DNA of 64,000 nucleotides, taken from positions 1 to 64,000 of the IMG/VR virus record IMGVR_UViG_2508501111_000003. One strand, written 5' to 3'. The number at the start of each line of letters is the position of its first letter. Position 1 is the stretch's first letter. The notes beneath the pieces were generated by a model. The model had not been told where the DNA came from, did not search any database, and saw only the letters and a list, made by a program, of their open reading frames with translations. Made by a program: the position numbers and the translations under genes. Shown here piece after piece: positions 55,376-64,000 of this stretch. The stretch comes from a virus. Lineage: Duplodnaviria; Caudoviricetes.

Positions 55376-56107
55376 TTAACCTCGCTTCGGAAGGCTATAG
55401 CCCATCCGTTGATTGTGAGTGGTGATGGGGTCGTCGTTCTTGGGATTGCCTGCACCTTGGCGGACAAAGCCCGTTCCCCGCCCTGCGGGGGCTGTATCAG
55501 TTTTGAGAGCGGGCATGAATTCACCCCAGTGTTTGTCGGCATAGGCATCGAGTGGGGTTTCCACGTCGCCATCCTTGACGGTGATCGTGGTCTTGTCGCC
55601 CTCGGTTTTGGTGATAAATGTGACATTGCCTGCTAAGCGCTCCAGCACACTCGACTTCCACTGCATTGCTTCAGCAACCGTGCGAATGGTGGCTTGTGTG
55701 CGGAGATTAGTCAGCTCGGTTTGCGCTTGCTCGCGCTCGGTCAAGCGGGTGCGCAATTCATCGAGCTGACCAAGCGCTTGATAGTCCCGCCAGCGCTGCA
55801 CATCGTCGCCGCTGAGCACCACGGCCCCATCAGGAACACGCTCGCGCAGCTGGCGATTCTGGTCGCGATACTGATAGTTTTCCTGCATGAGCAGCATCAG
55901 CGCAGCATCAGGGCTGCCTTGACGAGCAATCAGATTGGCAATTTGACCCGCAATATCGGGTTGATTTCCTCCGCCACTAGCGGGCGGATTAGCTGGTGGA
56001 TTCGCAGGCGGGTTGGCTGGCGCTGGATTGCCACCGCCGCCACTGCCGGAACCACCGCCGCCGTTATCAGCAGCAAACAATTTGATTGAGCGAAAAAAAC
56101 GAACCAT
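55376..56107 (-). CDS. Capsid scaffolding protein
   Basis: LFAADNGGG, G/P/N-rich linker, coiled coil, G-rich tail. Confidence 0.7.
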   Translation of the reverse strand: MVRFFRSIKLFAADNGGGGSGSGGGGNPAPANPPANPPANPPASGGGNQPDIAGQIANLIARQGSPDAALMLLMQENYQYRDQNRQLRERVPDGAVVLSGDDVQRWRDYQALGQLDELRTRLTEREQAQTELTNLRTQATIRTVAEAMQWKSSVLERLAGNVTFITKTEGDKTTITVKDGDVETPLDAYADKHWGEFMPALKTDTAPAGRGTGFVRQGAGNPKNDDPITTHNQRMGYSLPKRG

Positions 56108-56113
56108 CGGTAA

Positions 56114-56584
56114 TTACTCCTCTATTGCGTGCGCTGCCAGTGATTGCTGGAGCAGCGGGAAAATAATGCGTGTCAGTGCCGTAACAACCTGCTCTTCGGC
56201 ATGGATTTGCATTTCGTGCATAAACATGCCCCGCCGTTTAACAGGAATTTCGAGCAGCATGGCTTCAATCAAAGTCGTCAACGGTGCTACGAGAATATGA
56301 AGAAACTCATGTACCAAGACCCGTTTAAGTGGCTCTACTGGTTGTTGATCCCAATACTCAATCACGGCATTTGAATAACGATGATTGACGTGAGCAAGCC
56401 CCGCTGTCGTTGGCTCCTCGTCGTGTTGCTCTTTGGTCATCGGACGAACATAGATATCCCATCCTTGAAGGCTGAAGCAGTCACGCACCTGTTGTGCATA
56501 GGCTTCGACCCAAGCGGGGGGAAGTTGCCCGCTGTCACAGTCGTCTAGTGTTTCCGACGTGGCTGCCATCGCACTGACTCCCAT
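56114..56584 (-). CDS. HExxH metallopeptidase-like protein in head module
   Basis: RVLVHEFLHIL. Confidence 0.55.
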   Translation of the reverse strand: MGVSAMAATSETLDDCDSGQLPPAWVEAYAQQVRDCFSLQGWDIYVRPMTKEQHDEEPTTAGLAHVNHRYSNAVIEYWDQQPVEPLKRVLVHEFLHILVAPLTTLIEAMLLEIPVKRRGMFMHEMQIHAEEQVVTALTRIIFPLLQQSLAAHAIEE

Positions 56585-56826
56585 ACCTTTGGCTTTCGAT
56601 TCGGTGCCGCTTCACATCCCCGTGCGGGTGGATCACCAACGCGGGATGGATGGATGCATGGATGGGTGAAGTCATCAAAAGACAGCAACCGTGTGGTCAT
56701 TGGATACGGCCCGAGACTCAATGACCGAAGCGATTCGCGAAGCTGTTCCGCTTTCAACGCGAACGCTGAATCGACCTCCGCCTGTAGTGCTCGCATTGCT
56801 TGCGCGGCATCATTGAATTCCATCAT
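56545..56826 (-). CDS. Hypothetical protein (93 aa)
   Basis: ATGA overlap with minor-head gene stop. Confidence 0.45.
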   Translation of the reverse strand: MMEFNDAAQAMRALQAEVDSAFALKAEQLRESLRSLSLGPYPMTTRLLSFDDFTHPCIHPSRVGDPPARGCEAAPNRKPKVWESVRWQPRRKH

Positions 56827-57818
56827 TGCGCCATCCTCCGTAATGCTTCGACCGTGGTGACTTGGGTGTTTGCACCCCACACCCCACCGCTGTGGACGGT
56901 TGCTAAATCTTCAAACTGAAAGACACCCTTTTGCCATAAGGCGTAGCGCCCTGGACCAAGCATTGATCGTTGGGTTGCTGCGTCCTGTTGCAGAAACCAT
57001 TGCTTGCCCGTTGGGATCGCCAGCGGCTCGCGGCCTCTTAAAATGGGCACGATAGTGCATCTGCACTGAGGGTGTAGCGGCATCATCACATTGGTTGGAT
57101 AGACCGTACCATCGAGCGCCAAACATGCCAGACAGGTACGCCGCTGGCGTGCCGCGATGCGCATGTAAGCGTCGGCTAAGCCACTCGTTTGATACTGCTG
57201 CAACGCAGCCAAGCGTGCTGCTCGAATCGACTGATCACGGGTCAATAACAAGGCATGATTGAGACTGGTTGCTAAGCCGTCATTGACCATCATCCGCGCC
57301 GTGATGCGCGGATTCTTCCCTAACGCAAGGCCACTCAACAGGGCATCGGTGATGGCTTGGGCCGTTTCCGGATAGGCGTTGCTCAGCAAGAGCGCCAAGG
57401 GATTGTCAGCCCGTGCCAACGCGGCAATGTTTTCAAATGCGCCGCTGTTCAACTGCGTGAATGACCCTTGAATCGCGCCGGAATAGCGCAACCACGCCGT
57501 GGCCTGCTCCGCGCCCATACTGGCAAAACTCAACTGCTGGGCTTGCATGATGGCCGCTGCATCGGCGTTGTACTTGGCCAATTCCCGCTGGAGCTGCACC
57601 AACAACGCTTGGTAGCGCTCGTTCGCATACAGTTGCGATTCACTGACCGTTTGCCCATCAGCTTTGGTCTGACTCATTTGAAACGCCAACGCTTCCATTT
57701 CGGCCTGCAACGCCGCTTCGACCGTGCGCCAGCGTGTGGTCAGCGCGTCCATCGCACTCGCGTTCTGCGCCTGAAGCTCAGCACGGAATTGATTGGCAAT
57801 GGCAACCGCGTCGATCAT
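56823..57818 (-). CDS. Minor head/head morphogenesis protein (Mu F / SPP1 gp7-like)
   Basis: RTCLAC..LDG...P.HPQCRC motif; follows portal. Confidence 0.85.
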   Translation of the reverse strand: MIDAVAIANQFRAELQAQNASAMDALTTRWRTVEAALQAEMEALAFQMSQTKADGQTVSESQLYANERYQALLVQLQRELAKYNADAAAIMQAQQLSFASMGAEQATAWLRYSGAIQGSFTQLNSGAFENIAALARADNPLALLLSNAYPETAQAITDALLSGLALGKNPRITARMMVNDGLATSLNHALLLTRDQSIRAARLAALQQYQTSGLADAYMRIAARQRRTCLACLALDGTVYPTNVMMPLHPQCRCTIVPILRGREPLAIPTGKQWFLQQDAATQRSMLGPGRYALWQKGVFQFEDLATVHSGGVWGANTQVTTVEALRRMAQ

Positions 57819-59386
57819 GCGGGCTGCTCCAATCCGGTGCTAGCAGCACCACTATCAAGTCGCGCTTGCTGCATTGCCAAGGCTGCGCCTAAACTTCGAG
57901 CGCTACGAGCCTGCTTTTCTTCCTGCTCGGCAGCAATGCGAGCCTTTTCAGCATCGACATCTTCAACATCAATCAGACTCAAGAACAGGTCGTGACTAAT
58001 GGCCCCTTTTTCATAGGCGGCCAATAAAAAGTTGCGTTCCTCGCTGCTCAGGCTACCCAGCCACAACCGTGGCGTGACATCGGCGCGGAGACTATCAAAG
58101 GCTTGAGCACGACCTGCAAAATGCGCCGCCAACGCGAGGGCCGCTTCGAGCACCCAGCGCACCAGCTGCTTGAGGGCCGTGGCCGTTGGCCCAAGCGACA
58201 TCGCAAAATCCAACAACGCTTGTTTGCGGCTTTCCCCACTCGCCACCGCGTCACCACTCAGCAGCGCATGCAGTTGCTTGCACTCCTTGAGCATCCGGCT
58301 ATAAATCGCTGCGTCGGTATCGATGAACGTGCCAACGGGAACGGGTTCACGCCATTGCACCGATGGGGTGGTGTAACCCGTGATGCGCTCAATCTGCCCA
58401 TCTTTTTCACGCATCGGCAGCCCAATTAAATTGGTGGTTTTGCCCGGCCCGATGTCATACGGGCGATACACCCGCAACTTTTTACCCGGGTTGGCCGGGT
58501 CGTCTACTTCATCAAACGGCATTTGAGCATTGGTCATGACCCGCTCAACAAAGCCACTAATCACAATGTTGTGTTGGAGCATGGTCAGGGTCATATTGAG
58601 CGCCTTCTGCATTTGTTGCATGGACAACCCGATCAAGGGCTTGCAGACGATTTCGATCATCAGCAAATGACCCATCAGCGGTAGCCGTGTTTCGCCAGTC
58701 ATTGCCTCGCCTTCGAGCGTGCGCATCACGGTTTGGCCTTCATCGATAAAGGTCACTTCTGCGACTTCTTTTTTATTGTCATTCGTATAGACATAGACCC
58801 CACATGCCTGCATCGTGGCTTTATCACGGCTCACCCCTGCTTGCTCGGGCGCTAACCAATCGAGCCAAATCAGGTTCAAGGCATCGGCCAAGGTTTCTTG
58901 GACTTGAATCACGTTGTCTTCGACATAGGCGGGTGGAACAAACAAGCGGAGCACGGCGCGACCATGCACCACGGCGGTGGCAATGCTTTCTTGCAGGATA
59001 CCGAGTACATTGCGCTGATCCCACCAACTCGTCATGGCGGCTTCGGCCTCATCAAGCAAACCTTGCTCTTGGGGATTGGGTTGTTCCTCCTCTAGTAGCG
59101 GACGACGCACGGCATAGCTCCACTGGGGTTCACGGCCACACACGGCATTGGCGTGGCGCTCAATCACCTCGGCAATCACGTTGCTGGAAACAAACTCGCG
59201 CTGAATGCGAGTCATGACCTCGGTCGCGCCTTTATCCGTTGACGCAGGAGCTGGACCAGTCCACGCCGCCCCACCCTGCCAGTGATCGCCATCGCGAAAC
59301 AGCACCGCACTTTTGACCGCTTCCGGCGTAGTTGGCAAGCGTTTTTTGGCGACTTCGACCGAGAGATTGTCAAAGGCTGTTGGCAT
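57815..59386 (-). CDS. Portal protein
   Basis: 523 aa directly after terL; synteny. Confidence 0.8.
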   Translation of the reverse strand: MPTAFDNLSVEVAKKRLPTTPEAVKSAVLFRDGDHWQGGAAWTGPAPASTDKGATEVMTRIQREFVSSNVIAEVIERHANAVCGREPQWSYAVRRPLLEEEQPNPQEQGLLDEAEAAMTSWWDQRNVLGILQESIATAVVHGRAVLRLFVPPAYVEDNVIQVQETLADALNLIWLDWLAPEQAGVSRDKATMQACGVYVYTNDNKKEVAEVTFIDEGQTVMRTLEGEAMTGETRLPLMGHLLMIEIVCKPLIGLSMQQMQKALNMTLTMLQHNIVISGFVERVMTNAQMPFDEVDDPANPGKKLRVYRPYDIGPGKTTNLIGLPMREKDGQIERITGYTTPSVQWREPVPVGTFIDTDAAIYSRMLKECKQLHALLSGDAVASGESRKQALLDFAMSLGPTATALKQLVRWVLEAALALAAHFAGRAQAFDSLRADVTPRLWLGSLSSEERNFLLAAYEKGAISHDLFLSLIDVEDVDAEKARIAAEQEEKQARSARSLGAALAMQQARLDSGAASTGLEQPA

Positions 59387-59394
59387 CGATACCT

Positions 59395-60828
59395 CTAGTA
59401 GCTATTCCACGAGCCAGCCATGGCTTCGTCTTCGACTTCCATTGGTTGACTGGCAACCATCAGGGCAATGGCCCATGCCATCACGAAATCATCGTGATAG
59501 CCTGCGGGTGCGCCCGTCCCGCCGTTCTTCAAAATCCGATAAATCGCCAGTTCATTCAGCGCCGTTTGATTGCGAATTGTGACCAACACATCGCGCAGTG
59601 CCGTGGCGAACAAGTCAATCATTTGCGGCTTGGTCTGCGCATTGGTGAGCCACCCTGCTCGCCCATCAAGGCCATACACGATGCGGGTGAATCCGGCCAG
59701 TTTCATCGTGGTCAATACCGCGTGACCGTGATTGTTCCGCTCAACCGCAACCGTGGCCCCGTACACGTCTGACAAATTCATGAGAATGCGAGCGTATTCG
59801 TCCGGTTCCCATTTGCCGTGGACGCTGGCCATTTCTTCCCACGACACCGCATCGATCAAGGTGGCAGCGCAGAAGTCGCCGTGCTCCAGCCCTTCGGCCA
59901 CGTCCGCTGCCAGAATGTAGCGTCGTCCTTGCTGCGGCAGGTGGTAAACGGTCACGCCGTCCAGGAGCGAGAGCGATGCTGGAAGCTCATCGAGCGCAAG
60001 GCCATCGCTGGGATTTTGCTTCAGCAGCCATGGCATTTTGAATCGCGTGCGCCCTGACACCAAAAAGGCTTCTTGCGCGGTTGAGGGATATTCTTGCCGC
60101 ACCATGTCCGGGTCGGTATATTCCTCAAGCTGGTTGTGATACCACGCCGCATCCCGCGTTGGTCGTGCCCACCACGGTAAAAAGATCGTGGTAAAGCGAT
60201 TTTTGGCACTGATGGCCTTGAGCCACAGTTGATGAAACAGATTGCCAATCCCATTGGCCGTCGATAAGACAATCAGTTGGCCGCCGCCGTCGATCGTGGG
60301 CTTGAGCGCGGTATACAACTGGGTTGCCCAGAGCAGGAACGCGGCTTCGTCCAAAATCACCAGTGATGCCGTAAAGCTGCGACCTGCCCCTTTGGTCGCG
60401 GGGAGTGACTTGACCCGACTGCCATTGGCCCATTCCAGTTCGGTCGTGTTGTCCGTGACTAGCGCTGGCGAGGCCTCACGCATCCACTCGGGTAAGCGTT
60501 CATACAAGCGCTTGACCCGTTGCAGCATCTCATCGGCTTCGCCTTGGCCTTTGCTGAAGATCAGCACCACTTTGCCCGGTTGGAAGAGGCAGAGCCACAA
60601 CGCATAGGCGCAACACAACCAACTAATGCCTAATTGCCGTGCCTTGAGAATCAAGACCAAACGCTGGATTAAGAGTGTCCAGAGCACCTGTACTTGGGCA
60701 GGCCAGAGCGTAAAGGGCATCGCGCCGCTGCCATCCCCCAACCCTTGGGCATCGTCGATTAATCCGAAGTGGTGGGTGAAGTAGGCAGGGTCGGCATGGC
60801 ACTTTGCCAGTTCGACAGCATTCGACAT
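59395..60828 (-). CDS. terL: Terminase large subunit
   Basis: KARQLG, VILDEAAF, LSTANG, AADVAEG, VERNNHG, HDDFVMA. Confidence 0.95.
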   Translation of the reverse strand: MSNAVELAKCHADPAYFTHHFGLIDDAQGLGDGSGAMPFTLWPAQVQVLWTLLIQRLVLILKARQLGISWLCCAYALWLCLFQPGKVVLIFSKGQGEADEMLQRVKRLYERLPEWMREASPALVTDNTTELEWANGSRVKSLPATKGAGRSFTASLVILDEAAFLLWATQLYTALKPTIDGGGQLIVLSTANGIGNLFHQLWLKAISAKNRFTTIFLPWWARPTRDAAWYHNQLEEYTDPDMVRQEYPSTAQEAFLVSGRTRFKMPWLLKQNPSDGLALDELPASLSLLDGVTVYHLPQQGRRYILAADVAEGLEHGDFCAATLIDAVSWEEMASVHGKWEPDEYARILMNLSDVYGATVAVERNNHGHAVLTTMKLAGFTRIVYGLDGRAGWLTNAQTKPQMIDLFATALRDVLVTIRNQTALNELAIYRILKNGGTGAPAGYHDDFVMAWAIALMVASQPMEVEDEAMAGSWNSY

Positions 60829-61478
60829 TGTTCCTCACGCCACTGCTGCAATTCCTTGGCAGCCTGTTCCAACGCTGGACTATCAATCACAATCGGCGCA
60901 CTGCGATCCCCTTTATGCACATGTTCTTGTTTCTGCTTGCGACCTCCCGTTTCCTTGGCCAAGTCATCGAGCACCCCGCGATAATCACTAATGAGGGCCG
61001 AGTTGTAGCGGTAGATTTCAACCTGCTCGGCATACTCGCCTGCCCCGATTTGTTTGACATCGCGTATCCATACATTCGGTCGCTTGTGTGGGTGATGTTC
61101 GTCAACCTCTTTAATTTGTTCTTCTAAATCCTTAGCCAACTCCTTGAGCTTGATCACCCGCTCGAAGTCAAGGCCTAAGCCGTCTTCAAACACCTCACGT
61201 CGTCGAGCGGCCAGCGCATCATTTTTTGCTTGCTCCAGCTGCGCATCATAGGCTTTCGCACGATCGGTCCAATGGAATTCGGTTGACCAGTGAGCCAGTG
61301 TTTTGAAGCGAACTGTTGGCGGTTTGTTGGCGGTTTGTTGGCGGTAGCGCTCAAGCAAGATGCGTAACGAACGCCCACTCCCAAGGCGCAGATAATCGTT
61401 GCAGGCGACTACCGCCTTATCCGATTCGGTGGCGTGACGTTGACCTGTGATAAGTTGTAGTGGTTCGTGCGTGGTCAT
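60759..61478 (-). CDS. terS: Putative terminase small subunit
   Basis: Immediately upstream of terL; HTH-like W...F.W..RA..YD. Confidence 0.7.
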   Translation of the reverse strand: MTTHEPLQLITGQRHATESDKAVVACNDYLRLGSGRSLRILLERYRQQTANKPPTVRFKTLAHWSTEFHWTDRAKAYDAQLEQAKNDALAARRREVFEDGLGLDFERVIKLKELAKDLEEQIKEVDEHHPHKRPNVWIRDVKQIGAGEYAEQVEIYRYNSALISDYRGVLDDLAKETGGRKQKQEHVHKGDRSAPIVIDSPALEQAAKELQQWREEQCRMLSNWQSAMPTLPTSPTTSD

Positions 61479-61522
61479 TGCTCGCCGCCTCGGTCGTTTC
61501 GCCGCTGGCGCGGCGGATAATA

Positions 61523-61606
61523 TTAAGCGTCTTGCGATAGGTCATCGCTGATGACGATGAAGAAACACAGAACAAAGCCGATGGAGATCAGCGCACACCA
61601 GAGCAT
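61523..61606 (-). CDS. 27-aa hydrophobic peptide
   Basis: MLWCALISIGFVLCFFIVISDDLSQDA. Confidence 0.35.
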   Translation of the reverse strand: MLWCALISIGFVLCFFIVISDDLSQDA

Positions 61607-61609
61607 GGA

Positions 61610-61945
61610 TTATGCGGATTCCTGCATCTTTTTCTGCTTTTCAGCCATCACGAGATCGCGGAGCAGGGTTTCGCTGAATGGCAAGCCATACTGGGTAAGA
61701 TAGCCACTAGCAACCTGCACCGCTTTGGTCAATAGATCCTCAGCCTTAAGGCCGTGGGCTTCGGCTGCTCGCAAGCCTGCTTTCACTGCTCCATAAAGCG
61801 CGGCACGTTGCTCTGCCCCAAGATTGGCAGCAGCCCAAGTGTTCAAGGCGTTTGCCGCTTTGGGGGCAGCCGATTTGAGAAAACCAACAGCGAACGAGAG
61901 GGTGGTCACAATGACCAGCGCGATGGCGGTTTGAGTTAGGGTCAT
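61610..61945 (-). CDS. Putative holin (LL-H-like, single N-terminal TM)
   Basis: One TM then AVKAGLRAAE...K...A..YL helix pattern; lysis position. Confidence 0.55.
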   Translation of the reverse strand: MTLTQTAIALVIVTTLSFAVGFLKSAAPKAANALNTWAAANLGAEQRAALYGAVKAGLRAAEAHGLKAEDLLTKAVQVASGYLTQYGLPFSETLLRDLVMAEKQKKMQESA

Positions 61946-62391
61946 ACCGATGCTCCTTGTCCAAGGGGTGATAATAATTCATCAATGGGGTCAAGCCCCG
62001 TGTGTTGATCGTCGGTTCGTGGAGAGGTGGTTGGGCGATCAAGGCCTGCCCGCCGAGGCTTTTTGGGCAAGGGGATCTGATGGTGATGACAGGTGTCTTC
62101 GAGGGCTTGGATGTACAACTGGGCATCCATGAGCGCATAGGCATCGATCGTCCAGCGTTCACGGGCATTGATCACTTCACGCCGCAAGGCGCTCAGCGCC
62201 AAATCGAACTGGGCACTGAGTGCCGCCAGTTCGCGTTTAGCCGCATCACGCACGGCATGCAACTCGGCTTTCAAGCTAACGTTTTCGCGGACAACCGAGA
62301 GGTAGCCCCGCGCAAACATCCATGCCCCAACCATCACGACAATGGTGAGGCCGATCAGCCATACCACCGCACCAATCAGTAGACTATCCAT
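61942..62391 (-). CDS. TM + coiled-coil lysis-cassette protein
   Basis: N-terminal TM, long amphipathic helix; first gene of late operon. Confidence 0.55.
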   Translation of the reverse strand: MDSLLIGAVVWLIGLTIVVMVGAWMFARGYLSVVRENVSLKAELHAVRDAAKRELAALSAQFDLALSALRREVINARERWTIDAYALMDAQLYIQALEDTCHHHQIPLPKKPRRAGLDRPTTSPRTDDQHTGLDPIDELLSPLGQGASV

Positions 62392-62510
62392 AGATCCCCA
62401 ACCACATCAGGAGGAAGCGAAGGCCAGGCAAGAAGGGGTTTGCACAGAAAGGAGGAAAACAAAAAGCAACAGGTTAAATTGGTCTGTGCAGACCCCTGTT
62501 GCTTGCGAGG

Positions 62511-62538
62511 ATTATAGCACGTCTGTGCTGTTTGTCAA
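62511..62538 (-). promoter_or_regulatory. Near-consensus sigma70 promoter for late operon
   Basis: TTGACA-16-TATAAT with TG extension. Confidence 0.7.
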
Positions 62539-62741
62539 TGAAAATAAAGCGAATTATCCCAACTTATCCCACATATCCCACATCTTTAATAAAAATGATG
62601 TTGCAATTGAAATCCTTACATAGAGCGAATCTGATAATCTTCAATTATAGGCTCTGTCTATGATTCAATGTTGTAACATACAACATGAAACTCTAAATCT
62701 TTTTTTTCGTAAAGAGGCAAAGTTAAAATGGAAGGAATTAT

Positions 62742-63089
62742 ATGGAATGGCAAAATCTTACAATACAAATTCTATTTATGATTCTAGGACTATTGAGTTT
62801 TCTATATATGATTATTGGTCTATATAAATGGGTTGTATCAGGAGGAAATAGATATAATATTTATGAATCAATAAATATTATAAGTGATAGTATAATTATA
62901 TTGATTATTGTAATTTCCTCTATTATTTTAGGTTATATACTGAAAATGGAATTTAATCAAGAATGGGCTATTATGATATCACTATTGTTTATGATATTTA
63001 TGATATATTTGTATAAAAAAAGGATAATTTATTTATATAAATTTGATTACAAAAAAGATGATGAAGGAAATGGGGATATATATGAATAA
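62742..63089 (+). CDS. AT-rich 3-TM protein
   Basis: Hydropathy; GAAGGA SD. Confidence 0.6.
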   Translation: MEWQNLTIQILFMILGLLSFLYMIIGLYKWVVSGGNRYNIYESINIISDSIIILIIVISSIILGYILKMEFNQEWAIMISLLFMIFMIYLYKKRIIYLYKFDYKKDDEGNGDIYE

Positions 63090-63444
63090 AATAGAATTTC
63101 ATCAAGAAGCAAAAGAACTTGTTGTTAAATACAGAGAAGATTATGTAAAAGATATTATATTTCATTCGAGAAATAAAGCAATTATAGATAAAGATGAAAT
63201 TGTATTAAAAAAGCATGTCCTATTTGCTATTGATAAAATTTATGCTAATAAAGAGAAAAAATGGAAAGATGAAATGCTTAATATAATAGGTGGGATTTTT
63301 CTTGGTACCGGGCTGCAAGGTTTTATTAACGAATTAGGAATACCTGAAATTCGTATACCATTACTTATTATTTATGTAATTATGCTTATTATTGGTGCAA
63401 TATGTGTTTCTGTGGTAATAACATCATCTCGGCGACGCATATAA
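63082..63444 (+). CDS. Histone-fold-like helical region + two TM helices
   Basis: EAKELVVKYREDYVKDIIFHSRNKAIIDKDEIVLKKHVLFAI; overlaps upstream stop. Confidence 0.5.
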   Translation: MNKIEFHQEAKELVVKYREDYVKDIIFHSRNKAIIDKDEIVLKKHVLFAIDKIYANKEKKWKDEMLNIIGGIFLGTGLQGFINELGIPEIRIPLLIIYVIMLIIGAICVSVVITSSRRRI

Positions 63445-63501
63445 AATAATTAAGAATTATGAGATTATTAATATTTTATTTATATAGTTATACAATTGAT
63501 A

Positions 63502-64000
63502 TTATTCAGTGCGTTTGATTTCTCGTAAATAATAACTATTACCTCGCTTTTCGCAGAATACCTCCACTTTCTCACCCCACAATGGGCGAACAATATCATT
63601 CATCATTCCTGGGGGTACAATAATCTTTTGTTTTTTATTATCGGAGAATAGCAGTTGAATCGTGTTATTCGCTGATATTTCATCAGCATGTTTTAATTGC
63701 CCCACAAAGGTCTGATGTTTAGATTTATCCTTTTTCGTTGCTATATTACTCCCCGCGAGCGTACTTATTTCAGGTGGGGTTTTATCAAAAGCAACTGATA
63801 AGACCTCATTACTCCCGCTTTGAAGCGTAGTCAAACCAACCATACGTACATCTTGTCCATCAGGGGCTATTTTTTTTGCAAGAGCAACGAAATTATTATA
63901 GTAGGACTCATTAGGTATACGTTCTTTTAACGATTGAAAATCTCCTTTATTTACTAAACTAATATTCTGGATAACATCTTCGAGAACAATGCTAGAAAGA
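63502..64000 (-). CDS. Hypothetical protein, 5'-partial, possible C-terminal OB fold
   Basis: Frame stays open to the window edge (LSSIVLEDVIQ...APDGQDVRMVG). Confidence 0.65.
   Translation of the reverse strand, partial: LSSIVLEDVIQNISLVNKGDFQSLKERIPNESYYNNFVALAKKIAPDGQDVRMVGLTTLQSGSNEVLSVAFDKTPPEISTLAGSNIATKKDKSKHQTFVGQLKHADEISANNTIQLLFSDNKKQKIIVPPGMMNDIVRPLWGEKVEVFCEKRGNSYYLREIKRTE

Noticed and set aside
43250-60984. Many plus-strand ORFs over the virion operon
   Set aside because: Antisense shadows of GC-rich codon usage; no SD or motifs.
42640-62391. Tailocin or extracellular contractile injection system
   Set aside because: Terminase, portal and capsid are present; no sheath or baseplate wedge genes.
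1-64000. Integrase, transposase, tRNA, rRNA or att core
   Set aside because: No recombinase or DDE/HUH transposase motifs in the ORF track, and no tRNA-like T-arm found by eye; short att sites could have been missed.

Overview
A prophage-dense accessory region, about 50% GC with AT-rich inserts. The host is possibly a filamentous Chloroflexota such as Herpetosiphon (inference from overall style, not checked by search). It holds three sibling siphovirus-type prophage pieces. (1) A heavily deleted relic at 0.3-3.8 kb (minus) with intact terS, amidase and holin. (2) A relic at 11.0-18.1 kb (plus) with an intact repressor/RHH switch and early genes, fused by deletion to the tape-measure 3' end and two intact tail genes. 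(3) An apparently intact lysis-packaging-head-tail operon at 42.6-62.5 kb (minus). Pieces 2 and 3 face each other, and the DNA between them is a nested mirror centred near 30 kb: tail genes, a ~100-aa paralogue, a ~110-nt structured element, orphan tail-gene 3' ends, and a 1.78-kb inverted repeat encoding a Replic_Relax-like protein around a divergent cassette of membrane proteins. The cargo between the mirrored landmarks differs between arms (receiver domains, Roadblock/LC7 and a Tat-lipoprotein amine oxidase on the left; HEPN, MmeI-like RM and TM effectors on the right). It is punctuated by repeated copies of the last tail gene's 3' end plus a terminator. Other defence-like genes are a C5 methyltransferase/Z1 pair, two HNH proteins and a possible histone-fold TM protein. 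No integrase, transposase, reverse transcriptase, tRNA or CRISPR array was seen. All family calls are by-eye motif recognition; no database search was run.
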